Assembly (NCBI GenBank): GCA_963514005.1
Contig: OY740820.1
Location: 17,980,001 to 18,044,000, forward strand
Direction: 5' to 3'
DNA: 64,000 bases
Source: Raja brachyura
Taxonomy: Eukaryota
The notes below the pieces were generated by a model that was not told the origin of the DNA, did no database searches, and worked only from the letters and a program-made list of their open reading frames with translations. Both the position numbers and the translations under genes were made by a program. This document shows positions 1-11,516 of this stretch, in pieces. The first letter of the stretch is position 1. Every line of letters begins with the position of its first letter.

Positions 1-205
1 GAAACATACCTTTGTTAGCTGTTTGTTAGATGAGAATTAGTGCAGACAATGAGGCTCAGCAAGACGATTTTGAAGATGGTATGACTTGGGTGGGGGAGGG
101 ATGGGGAGAGAGAGGGAATGCAAGGGTTACTTGAAGTTAGATAAATCAATATTCATAATCTTGGGTTGTGAGGTGCCCAAGCAAAATATGAGATGTTGTT
201 CCTCT
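1..205 (-). mobile_element. Penelope-like element fragment (end of GIY-YIG region and 3' UTR)
   Basis: gaagttagataaatcaatattcata...ccaagcaaaatatgagatgttgttcctc is similar to the intact copy at 54813-54900. Confidence 0.7.
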
Positions 206-1734
206 ATAAATACAAAATTACCAAATAAATCCATGCTCCATTTTTGGGATTTGGTCATGTGTGCTAAAGTATGCTTTGAGACCTTGCATAATCTGAAAAG
301 ACTTAATCAAGCCTCTCCTCAATTTGCTCTTTGCGATGGAAAATTGCTTCAAACCTGTTCAATTATAGTGATGCTTACACAGCTGCAGCATATTAGCAAG
401 TTTTGAAATTAAATTACACTAAACCTAATCTCTCCTGCAGTACATTTTTATTGTATCAATATTTAAACCCCACAGATGTTTGCTTGTAACGTGTTTTGTT
501 ATCTGCTTTTGTAAATGTGAACTTGAGGAAAGTGAATTTTCTTTTAAGATTAATATTTTACATAAGCCTCTCTCCTCTGGGCCACTACAATACAATTGTG
601 ACTGTTCATATTCAATTCCAATTTTTGACAGATTAATTTCTCATGATTTCCTTGATGTCCACAAATATACTTTATCCTATTATTTTAAAATTTCCTCACA
701 ATATAGAAAGAGAACATTCAGTCCATCAAGTCTTTGCTGGTTCTCAGATCAATCCACTGCCTCCACTTTGTTTCCCGGTGACCTAATCTCTCATGTCCCA
801 TTAACTCTCCCTGATTCTCCTGCCACCCAGTGCACTAATCTTGCTCCCTGTGTCGTGTTCTACCTGTCACCCTGTGGATTTGTTTACCTTCTCACAGAAA
901 CTACCTTTAGTTTCTTTCCACATCCCAAATAGTGATTGGTAGATTAACTGGCTCGTGAATATTACCACTGGTGTAGGGGGATGGCAGGAGAATTTGGGAG
1001 TGTTAATTTTGGATCCGCAGAGAGTAAAAATGGCGTCATGCACCTGCTGCCTAATGTTACTTCAGCAGGAGGTCTTTACAAGAGGCTTATCTTGGGTGTC
1101 CATTACATTATGTTGCTTCATGGTCAGACTTTCCCCACTCATTTCCGTTCCACTCTGTTGCTCTCTCCTTTCATTAAAAAGAAAATTACCAATATAAAAG
1201 CTTTGGCGATATCTTGACAGAGTAATTCATTGCCCAAGTATGGTTTGATTTTTCTGCACTTATCCAATTTTTAACGTGTTAGTTGATCCTCGACAACCTT
1301 GTCTGGCACCAGCAGTAAGGAGAAAAGCAGTGGCCCCTTCTCTCTCCTCATGTCACCTGTTTGACCTGATGAATATATCTATCACTTTATTTTCATTATG
1401 GATTTCTAGCATTTTCTGTGTTTTGCTTCTATCTTAGTTGGTGTCTCTCTTCTTAAACACACTAGAATTATAATGTGTAAGATCATTTTGGTTCCATTTT
1501 CATTCTTTACTGTACAGTCTACTATTTTCCAAATTGCAGGTAAGAACAGGATCAGACGTGGATTTGCCATCCATAATGTCGATCATTTTGTCCATTGCCA
1601 TCTTTGAGCTCTCACATGAGGTGCAACTGCTTTAGCAGGAGAGATATTATTCGGGATCTTTTCTCACCCGATTTGGGCGATATGAGGAAAAAAAAGACCT
1701 AGGTACCAAGTGATGTGCTAAGCACCTCGGGTTT

Positions 1735-2503
1735 TGGTTTATTATCACTACGGTTAACAAGGTACAGTTTTGTTTGCTATCCAAGCAATCGTACCATACT
1801 TGTATACATCAAGTTGTGCAAAAGAGAATACACAGTGCATAATATAGAGCTACAGCTACAGAGAAAGTGTAGAGAATAAAAAAAGTGCAAAGGCTGCAAC
1901 AAAGTAGATTGGAAGGTTGGGAAATTATCCTTAGCATACGAGAGTCAAGAGTCTGATAATGGCGAGGGAGAAGCTGTGCTTGAATCTGGTAGTATGTGTT
2001 TTCAAACTTTTGTATCTTTTGCCTGACAGGAGAGAGGAGAAGACAGAATAACTGGGTTGTGAGTGGTGCTTGATTACGTTGGATGCATTCCCAAGATAGA
2101 GTGAAGTAGGGATCGAGTTGTTGGAGAGGAAGTTAGATGGTTTGTATGATGGACTGGGCTGTGTTCACAGCTCCATGAAATTTCTTGCAGTCTTGAACTG
2201 AGCAATTGCCATACCAAGGTGCGATGCATCCAGATAGGTTGCTTTCTATAGTGCATCTGTAGACAATTGGTAGGATTCATTGGAGACATGCCGAATTTTC
2301 TTAGCCTTCCAGAGGTATTTGTGATATATAAGCCATGGCGTCAAAGTGGTTGGACTAGAACAAATTATTGGTGGTAATTACACCTTGGAATTTGAAGCTC
2401 TCGACCATCTCCACTTCAGCATCACGGATGCAAACTGAGATGTGTACTTCATCCTGCTTCATGAAGTCGATGACCTGGTCCTTTGCTTTGTTGACGTTAA
2501 AGG
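1735..2503 (-). mobile_element. Degraded Rex1/Babar-type LINE fragment, interrupted by a solo LTR (resumes briefly at about 3530-3550)
   Basis: Similar to 16335-17055 (ggaagctgtgcttgaatctgg, ggaatttgaagctctcgaccatctccac). Confidence 0.7.
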
Positions 2504-3529
2504 TGTGGTTGTGCCACTAGCTACACGAACCCTCAGCAGTCGGTGGTAGGTTCACGTGACTGGGCAATGGCAGGGAGGAGTAGTAACAGGGGTATAGGGG
2601 TGTGTCCTGGTATATATAACGAACCCCGGGACAACCCTCTCTCTGTCGCTCTTCCTCGCTCTTCATGAGAGTGTCCTGCCACCTCAGATGAGATTCAGAT
2701 TCAGATTACCTTTATTGTCATTCAGACCTTTCGGTCTGAACGAAATTTCGTGCCTGCAGTCATACATATATTAAAAGTAACAAAAACACACAATAAACAC
2801 AAATTTAACATCCACCACAGTGAGTTCACCAAACACCTCCTCACTGTGGTGGAAGGCAAAAGTCTCAGAGTCTCTGCCTTCTTCCCTCCTTGTTCTCCCT
2901 CTGCGCTGAGGAGAACAAGGAGGGATGTTGCCGTCCACCAGGCCCGCAGCCGAGCCTCCGAAGCCAGTCTGCCGTCGCCAGAACACCGCCACAGGGCCCG
3001 CCACCGGAGCACCGCAGCTCCGATGCCAGGTCGCCGCTGGAGCACCGCGGCTCCGAAGCCAGGTCGCCGCTGAAGCTCCGAAGCCGTGCCGCCGCTGCTG
3101 GAAGCTGGAAGGCCGCCATAGCTCCAAGGCCGCCAGCTCCGCCATTAGGGCCTCAGCACAGACGGAGACGGTGACGGGGGATACGACAAGAAAAGTCGCA
3201 TCCCCCCCGAAGGGAGAGACTAAAACCCTGTTTCTCCCACCCTCCCCCCCCCCCCCCCAACACACATACACAGCCTCATAAACTAAAATAATCACTAAAA
3301 CAGAAACAAGAAGACAAAAATAAAATAAAAAACAGACGGACTGCAGGTGAGCCGCAGCTGCCAGGCAGCGCCGCCACTCCACCTCAGCAGGAGCACAGCT
3401 TGAGCCCATGAGGCAACAGCCTCTCAGCAACAACAATGACTATTATGTTAGAATGCCAAACGTGCATGTATATATAAACTACACTGCCTGAATAAAGAAA
3501 CCATTATTCCCAACGTTTGTGCCTCTACA
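2504..3529 (+). mobile_element. Solo LTR (Gypsy-like) carrying an internal insertion
   Basis: TGTGG...CTACA termini. 4-bp TSD AAGG at 2500-2503 and 3530-3533. TATATATAA at about 2610 and AATAAA at 3491. Confidence 0.75.
2688..3378 (-). mobile_element. Non-autonomous GC-rich retroposon with an (ATCTGA)n tail and internal 33-bp tandem repeats
   Basis: 9-bp TSD CCACCTCAG at 2679-2687 and 3379-3387. On the minus strand AATAAA is followed by an aatctgaatctgaatc tail. The unit ggagcaccgcRgctccgaWgccaggtcgccgct is repeated. Confidence 0.75.
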
Positions 3530-3866
3530 AAGGCGAGGTTGTTTTGACATCACGCAAGTAAGAATTTAATTGTTCTGTTTTGGGACAAATAACAATAAAA
3601 CACTCTTGACTCTCTCTTTCTACGTTCTCTATTTCCTTGCATTACTCCGTCTTGTATTGTTTGAAATTTGTCCCTATATATTGATGTCATCTGCATATTT
3701 GTGAACGGAATTAGAGCAGAGTTTTGCCGCACATCCCTATTAACCGGAGAACTCCAATGATTTGTTCTTTGCTTGTTGCAAAAAAACCTCCTATCTCATC
3801 CATGAAAGGACAGCTACTTATTTTGATACTTTGTCTTCTCGTTCTAGATGCCTTAGCCAGGAGAAA

Positions 3867-3960
3867 GGTAGATAAAAATGCAGGTGAAACTCAGTGGGTG
3901 ATGCAGCATCTATGGAGCGAAGGAAAAGGTGACGTTTCGGGTTGAGACCTTTCTTCAGAC
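3867..3960 (-). mobile_element. Short PLE 3'-end piece with hammerhead-like motif, inserted in an old CR1 fragment (about 3720-4020)
   Basis: 10-bp TSD CCAGGAGAAA at 3857-3866 and 3961-3970. Contains gacgtttcgggttgagacctttcttcagac. Confidence 0.8.
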
Positions 3961-4449
3961 CCAGGAGAAATGCCATCTCTCTCTATCTATTCTATCAAGT
4001 CTTGTACAAATTTTATAGTGTAGTAAGGGACTGAGAACGCATCCTTGCTGGGCACTGCTGATGAGAATTATGGTGGAGAATGTTTTGTCACCTGTCCTTA
4101 TTGATTGCGGTTAATGGGTCAGGAAGTCAAGTATCCATTTGCAGAGGGAGGTGCTGAGTCCTCGGTCCAGGTATTTGGAGATAAGCTTTGTTGCAATTAC
4201 GATATTGAAGGTGGAGCTATAGTCAATAAATAGGAGTCCGACTGACATAGGTGGCCTTGTTATCCTGTGTTCCAAGGTTGAGTGTAGGGCCGTGGAGGCT
4301 GTGTCTGCCGCTTTAATAATGGATCAAAGGCATTATGGCAGAGAATATTGAACACTGAATGAATAGTGAGTAAGCATTTGAGGAATGGAAGTAATGTATT
4401 TTTAGTCATGTAGCATTAGTTCATGTTAGATTTTTTAAAATTCTTTTAG

Positions 4450-4567
4450 GCTTCGTTCCAGCGATCCAATAGCCACGACAAAGTCCGAAAAATAGTGGCA
4501 CAAGAAGGACGGGCAGCTAGAAACCTGATTGCATGGAGTGTTCCCTTGGAAAGTAAAGATGATGATG
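4450..4567 (+). CDS. SCAPER: SCAPER coding exon (ASFQRSNSHDKVRKIVAQEGRAARNLIAWSVPLESKDDD)
   Basis: Acceptor ttcttttag|GCT and donor G|gtaagt. The translation matches the vertebrate SCAPER N-terminus immediately after the initiator Met. 118 nt, phase 0 to 1. Not in the ORF track. Confidence 0.97.
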
Positions 4568-4929
4568 GTAAGTTCTAAATTATTTATTTTCTACATGTTA
4601 CAACGATGATTGCAGTTCAAACCTAAATTCTTTGCCTGTAATGTTTTGTTGGGCTGTCTTGAAATTGTGAATTGGGCTACAAAAGTGGAAGACTAGACAT
4701 TTGGGGAGAAAGCTGGACGCTGTGGATGCCCTTCAATACCTGACAGACAATTTAAGTACTCAATTTTCTGATTGTATTCTAAACCTGGAAAGCCAATCAT
4801 TTGCTAGTCTGTCACTGTTGGTTTTAGATGAGAGAGCATTTGGCATAGGCATCCACACAAGGATGTTGGCGTTCAGTGACAGAAGAACTTGGGAGTGATA
4901 ATCTGTATTTGGCTCCGATAACTGCTTTG

Positions 4930-5270
4930 CCATTCAACAAGATCACGACTGCTGTTTAATCTCTGATCCAATTTACAGCCTTAACTCCATATCTGTTGAT
5001 TTAGTTAATATCTAAAAGAGTTACTAATCTGAATCGTGAATATACTAAGTGACTGAGCCATCACAGCCCTATTGACCCAGAGAACTCCAATGATTACGCC
5101 TTTGTGGTTGCAAAAAAATTCTCTTTATCCCAGCGTTGAATGACAGCGACTTAATTTGATACTTTGACTTCTAGTTCTACAGCTAAAAGATATGCCATCT
5201 CTCTGTCTATCCTGCCAATTGCTGTGCGAATTTTATATTTCAATGAGATTCTCATTCTTCGAATCTCAAG
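4930..5270 (-). mobile_element. Old CR1-type LINE 3' fragment
   Basis: gccattcaacaagatcacgactg...agaactccaatgatt...ttctagttcta resembles the CR1 3' end at 9846-10200. Confidence 0.65.
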
Positions 5271-8200
5271 AGTGCAAGAATAGGCACTGAGTATATTCGT
5301 GGCTGAGAATGATAAATTTGTAGACGCCTAGGGAACCTTTGGACATGAGATTTGTGCAGGAAAGTGGTGCCCATGTAAAAAATCAGCGGCAGCCATGGAG
5401 GACCAAATACGAGGGATCAATCATCTTTGATTTCTGTTTCATATGTTGAGTGAGCACTGTGTAATACTGAACTTTATCAGTAGATGGCAGTCAAGAGATA
5501 CTAAAACTAACGTATGTGGTTGGTATTGATAGAACATTTGCGACAAATTAAACCGTGCCACTTAATTTTATTTTCGCTTTGGTTTCTTTAAACCTAAATT
5601 GCACGCAGGTCACAGCATTTGCTGTAGTGCAAGGTCTGCAGTTTTGGTTTATGGTTTAGCTTCAATAATTTTCTTCCTGACGCCCCAGCCAGTACAATGA
5701 ACCGTAGAAATATACACACAGGAGGAAGCCTGATTGCTTGAAATTGTTAAAACGTATTTTAATAAGAATATATAGATTTTGTTCACAAGCCTATCATTGT
5801 TAGTTCTGCAATAACTTGATTGCCCATTTCCCATAACTGTCATTATGAAGATGACTTTGTCTTTGGAAAAAAATAATCACACAATTTCAGAAACTAGGAA
5901 TTATTACTCATTCCCAGACATGGGTAGAAGCAGAATCCCTCTAATGTGCCAGTGCGTTTCTTTTCATTGTAGGAAAAGCATAATTGGAATTTTTCACTAC
6001 CAATTTTCTTTATTATAATTTGTGTGTTTACTGCTTTTCCAATACTGCAATCAGTTCACCTTTATGCTTAAGGTTCTAAGATTCATTTTACTCTTCAATT
6101 TTCGCTGGAGTCAACCTATACAAATCCATGTACTAGTGATCCAGCAGATTTCTCTTCTTATTTCACTGTATTGAAACCTTTGCTACTCCAGGTTAGTTCA
6201 TGAGGATAGGAGCTTGCAATATGATGATAATTGTTACATAACCATCTTTTCAGCGCACAGGACCATCATGTCAGCCACACATTGAAGCTACATGAGAGTT
6301 CTCGGTACATAGCAAATGGCATTTCAATGAAATAAAAGTAGAAGGTGTAAAGCACATCAAAGAGAGCAAATTCAAACATTGCATCAACGGCGATCGAAAG
6401 TCTAAAATGCAAGATATATCCCCAAATGTTTAATTACTTCACATTGTGACTTGATTTTAGAATATTATGCTGCTGGTGGTGATTCTGCAACAAATATGAC
6501 CATAGTTCTAGAAACCTCTTTGATTCCTAAAAGAGCGTTTAAAGATAATTTTCTTAAGAAATAAAGTGGAAAACAAATAGCAAAAATTGTGTAATTTATA
6601 GAAAAATCTAACATATGATTTATCAAAAAGATGCTGTTGGACTGCCATTTTTATGAGCCCAAAGGATGTCAATGGCCTTTTTAGAAACTTATAATGTATG
6701 CATTTATGTATTGTGGTTGTATGCACAGTATTGCAAGGTAATGTTGAGTCATGCTGGGTATTTTCCATTTTCTATTACAACTTGGACATTTTGTATCTGC
6801 ACCCAGAGAAAAAGCGGCAAAGACTGCGAAATTTTCCCCAGTTGGATCGAGAGCATGGTATTGATTATTGCGAAAGTGGATCCTTCGAATGGGCTGTCAG
6901 CGGTCAGGTTACATGGTCAAACAGTAGAAAATCAATGGACGTGATGGGATACTGCTTGAAGGGATCAATGTTTTTAGTACCACAAGAGCATCAATAAAAG
7001 CGAGCTGGGGCTTGTCGTTTGTAAATTCAGCACAATTACTGGTTTAAAATGGCTCATAATGACAGGCTGCCTTGCTAACTTATTTTGTAGATAATGGCTG
7101 CACATCAAATTTTATTTGTCACATCTGTTATGTTTATTTGGCAAGTCTCAATCCTAATGTGGGTATGGGATAACACGGCATGATAGGAGTAGATAAAGCA
7201 TCAAGCGCTGCAAGAGATAAACTGGGTTGACAGCAAAAAAAAAGGTGATTTAATTCTGAGGTTTCAACCCTTTGGAGAAGTTTTTTAATTATATAGTTTC
7301 CTCATTAAACTGTGACAAAAGTAACAATACGTTTTAACTTGTTTTTAACTTGCTATTCAAATATGGCAAAAATATAAACAGGATTTACTTATTTAAGATG
7401 GGCATCCTGAGTGGATTTCTCTGCTGAAGTTTTCATTACTCCATTCCTTTGGATACTTTAGCAATGCCAATGGCAGGTATATGCACATTGGTATTGCTAA
7501 TCATTTATTCAGTTTGTGGTATTTGTGTGTATTAAAGTGTGTATTCATTTGTCGAACAGTTTATTTTGCCTCGGGATTTATTTTTGCTCTTGAACAGAGA
7601 TTTCAGTAAGTTGGCTTCCACAGTCGTATGCAGAGAAAACTAGCCGCTAAAATGTAACTGCATATTACTCTTTCATGAACTACAAATATATGTGGTACTC
7701 CATTTATTTTATGTTTTCTGATTCAACAAAGTAGTTGTCAACCATGTTTTCACTGTTCTGTAACCTGTTTGCTCATTTCGGTCAAGTTATTCGTCTTTGA
7801 TTTCTTTGAAGAAGAATCACTTTTTTATGTAGGCAAATCAATAAATGATTGATCACTGCTCACTCCAATGCATTGGGATGAATAACCAGTTAATTTGTTT
7901 TGACCGTTGGGTGGTAATGGTTAAGAAAAAGGAAGGTGATCAAAATATCAGGTTGTCATGAATATCTTTAGCTACTCTTATGGGCAGATGGGGCCTCGAT
8001 TTGCTGTTTCATGACAAGACAATGTATCTTTCCCAATTGTGCTGTATCTCGCCTGGCAAATCTCAAACCAAGCCCCCTTTTGCCTTCTGCAAAGTGCCAC
8101 TGTGCAATCCTTTACCTCTAAAGCATTCTAATATGACTGAAATGTAAATGGCAACCTGTCATTCTGACAGTTTTATAAAAACGTCGAATTTTGGAATTAA

Positions 8201-8406
8201 GTGGTTGATTGAGGAACAAACATCTCAGGAAATGTTCAAATATCTTTTAGTATTTTTACAGTAAAACATATTACTTTAAACAAACGTGTGTGCCTCAACC
8301 ATCTTATCTTTCCATCGTAGTTCAAGAAGGAAAACTCTTGCTTCAATATAATATTTTCCAAGAAATTAACATTTTTTTCAATAACTTTTTAATGAAATCG
8401 TTCCAG

Positions 8407-8495
8407 CAAAATCCAAGACACACATCGGTGGAAAAACACGGGATGCAGTGAAGTCGCAGCGAGCTGCTCAGAGTTCACAGAGGATCTTAAAGCAG
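8407..8495 (+). CDS. SCAPER: SCAPER coding exon ([A]KSKTHIGGKTRDAVKSQRAAQSSQRILKQ)
   Basis: ttccag|CA ... AAG CAG|gtactt. 89 nt, phase 1 to 0, which bridges the flanking exons exactly. Weakly similar to the mammalian segment GKPKCQTGGKSKR...TTKQ. Confidence 0.85.
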
Positions 8496-9845
8496 GTACT
8501 TATGGGAATTAATGAGTGCTGCCTTTAAGATAAATAGTCCATTATAGCTTTGAAGTTCATGCTCACTTTATGTTGACAAGTTTTCTTATAACGCATGTTG
8601 ACAGAAATTTAAGGCAGAATCTTCGGCACAGACAATGTTAGCCGAAGCAGTTTTTTCCCAGTGCTATCTGCTTATGTAAGTCTGTCACGCTCTTTTAGAG
8701 GCCTGCTGGTCGCATTGCTGAGGAATGGCAAAGGGAAAAATTATTGAGACCAATTTATGTCAGTAGCTTTCATTGTAATTGAATAAATTTTTATTAGCCA
8801 AGTATGTGTACATACAAGGAATTTACCTTGGTGTAGACATTGAAATTATGATGTTTGAAGTAAGGACTGAAAATATAGTTCTGTATTTAACAAACTGTTT
8901 CTTAATCCAATACTTGAGGATTCTCCTTCATGTTTCTTTTCAGCAGACAAGATTCAATTTAAATTGTCAATTGGAATGATGATCTGTGTTTTTGTTGCGG
9001 ATGTGTTGTGAAATGAACTAGGGGTCAAATCTTTTACTTTTACTTTTTGACTTAGTTTGGGATGGTTTTCGTCGTAACGATTGTTTAGCAAACTTGTGGG
9101 TTTTTTTCCCTAATCTTGGACAAATGCACCAACTAAAAGCATATTGGTCAGCATGGATGTGTTGGGCTGAAGGGCCTGTTACTATGGCGTGTGATGGTAT
9201 GATTCTAAATGAGTAATATATTAGCGTTGCATATGCATCCAGGATTTTTTTCTGACCACCTGTGCTTTTGTTACTTTGAGAACTCTTCTCAGTGAGTTGC
9301 ACAGTTATATCAAGACTTCTGTTTTATCTACTTTCTTTTTTTAAATGAAGTTATATAATTTACCTCTAAAGCCAATTATTCTTGAAAATTTCAAGTTCTA
9401 AAAATCTTTTAAGGGGCACAATGACGTAGCTAATAGAGCTGCTGCCTTAACATTCAATCCTGATCTCCGGTCTGTTTGTGTGGAGTTTGAAAATTCTCCC
9501 ACTGACTAAGTTGATTCCTTCGGATGGTCATCTCAAAAATTTGCTCATTGGTAACTTGTTTAAATATACCCATCAATAAAGGTAGAAGAGGTCTTTGTTT
9601 ATCTTCCCTTCCAAAAGATAGAACACCTGTGGTGTCGTGTTGAAGTGTTGGCCCACATTTTGTGAACCCACAACTGCTGGAGGTGAGAATACTGCTACCC
9701 GAACCATTTAGAAGTCCACATATTTCTCCATCTTTTGCTAAATCATTAATTTGTTCACATTTTCACAGTACTCAGTTTCTCCATGGGGAGGGGAGGATAT
9801 CTTAACTTTTAAAGTGTCCATTCTATTTTGCAATTGCTTTTTTAT

Positions 9846-10502
9846 AGAAAAAAAAAATAGGTGCAGGAGTAGGCCATTCGGCCCTTCGAGCCTGCACCGC
9901 CATTCAATGTGATCATGGCTGATCATCCAACTCAGTATTCCGTACCTGCCTTCTCTCCATACCCCCTGATCCCTTTAGCCACAAGTGCCACATCTAACGC
10001 CCTCTTAAATATAGCCAATGAACTGGCCTCAACTACCTTCTGTGGCAGAGAATTCCAGAGACTCACCACTCTCTGTGTAAAGAATGTTTTCCTCATCTCG
10101 GTCCTAAAGGAATTCCCCCTTATCCTTAGACTGTGACCCCTTGTTCTGGACTCCCCCAACATCGGGAACAATCTTCCAGCATCTAGCTTGTCCAACCCCT
10201 TAAGAATTTTGTAAGTTTCTATAAGATCCCCCCTCAATCTTCTAAATTCCAGCGAGTACAAGCCGAGTCTATCCAATCTTTCCTCATATGAAAGTCCTGA
10301 CATCCCAGGAATCAGTCTGGTGAATCTTCTCTGTACCCCCTCTATGACAAGGATGTCTTTCCTCCGATTTGGAGACCAAAACTGTACGCAATACTCCAGG
10401 CGTGGACTCACCAAAACCCTGTACAACTGCAGTAGAACCTCCCTGCTCCTATACTCCTGCTCCTATACTCAAATCCTTTCGCTATGAATGCTAACATACC
10501 AT
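9846..10502 (-). mobile_element. Young CR1/HER1-type LINE 3' fragment (RT C-terminus)
   Basis: ORF 9932-10426 reads LEYCVQFWSP...IEGVQRRFTRLIPGMSGLSYEERLDRLGLYSLEFRRLRGDLIETYKI...RTRGHSLRI, typical of the CR1 ORF2 C-terminus, followed by the 3' UTR. Confidence 0.93.
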
Positions 10503-11195
10503 TTATAGAATGACACACTGATGGGACTCATTCAGATAGCCATCTTGCGTATGCTGTAGTGCTCTGTATTCTTGGCCTAGAATACAGTAGAATGGGTAAA
10601 ACGGAGATAAAGTCCAAGGCTTAACTTGTATACAAACCCTCTGACTTTAAGTTTCTGGAATCTTTTCTACCAGCTTTGCTTTTCTTCAGAACCGTGTACT
10701 TCTATTGGAATACCAGTGGAGCTATTTCTTTTGGTTTTGTTTGGAGTGGGTAATTGAATTAATAGTCTTAGACTAATTTGCATGAAGCAATTTGTCCTCT
10801 GGTTAATGGAAACTATCAATTGCAATTTCTTCATGTCTTTATATAAATGATTTGGACCCAACTGCAGCTTAAAACTGAGTGAGGGAGGCTCCCAGATAAT
10901 AATATCCCACTCCATGTTTTTAAAATTCAAAAGGTTCCCTTTATTAATACCTAATAGTTTTCACCATTTGTAAATGAAGATATGGCATTAACAGACTGCA
11001 ATGTGGGATCTCAGATCCTGCTTCACTCACACAATCTAAAATTTAATTTTGTCCACTTTGACTAAATTAGTTGAAGATCAGTCCAGAGGGACAATGTAAA
11101 TGTTGTCCTGCAATATGCAATAAAGCCTGGACATCGCAGTTAGACCTTTGCTTGAGTATGTGTTGGAAAACAATAAATTAAATATTGCAATTGAA

Positions 11196-11516
11196 GAAGT
11201 GGAAACGGGGAACTGCCGATGCTGGTTTACCAAGGAAAGACACAAAATGCTGGAGCAACTCAGCGAGTCAGGCAGCATCCCAGAAGGGTGTTGACCCAAA
11301 AAGTCACCCATTCCTTCTCTCCAGAGATGCTGCCTGTCCCGCGGAGTTACTCCAGTTTTTTGTGCCTATACCTGTAGAACTTGGATAGGTAAAATTTTAG
11401 GTCGGGGACCGTTTTTCAGACTGCCTGAAGAAGGTTTACAACCTGAAATGTTACTTCCATGTTTTCCAGAGATGATGCCGGACCTGCTGAGTTACTCCAG
11501 TGTTTTTTGTCTTTCC
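11196..11516. mobile_element. Fold-back PLE-derived insertion with a second PLE piece nested inside (about 11281-11372)
   Basis: 13-bp TSD TATTGCAATTGAA at 11183-11195 and 11517-11529. Inverted arms tgctggagcaactcagc / gctgagttactccag. Confidence 0.75.

Noticed and set aside
790-1010. Imperfect inverted repeat (attaactctccctgattctcctgcca / tggcaggagaatttgggagtgttaat) as a structured RNA
   Set aside because: Better explained as two old opposed HE1-like SINE fragments.
2722-3436. Six overlapping ORFs up to 221 aa
   Set aside because: They arise from a GC-rich repetitive retroposon with few stop codons, show no recognisable domain, and are open on both strands.
1-4449. SCAPER start-codon exon
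   Set aside because: No ATG followed by a phase-0 donor with a credible acceptor was identified. It is probably upstream of the window.
6698-6997. 99-aa ORF with a basic KKRQR stretch
   Set aside because: No recognisable homology or convincing splice sites, and the SCAPER exon chain is already complete in phase across this intron.
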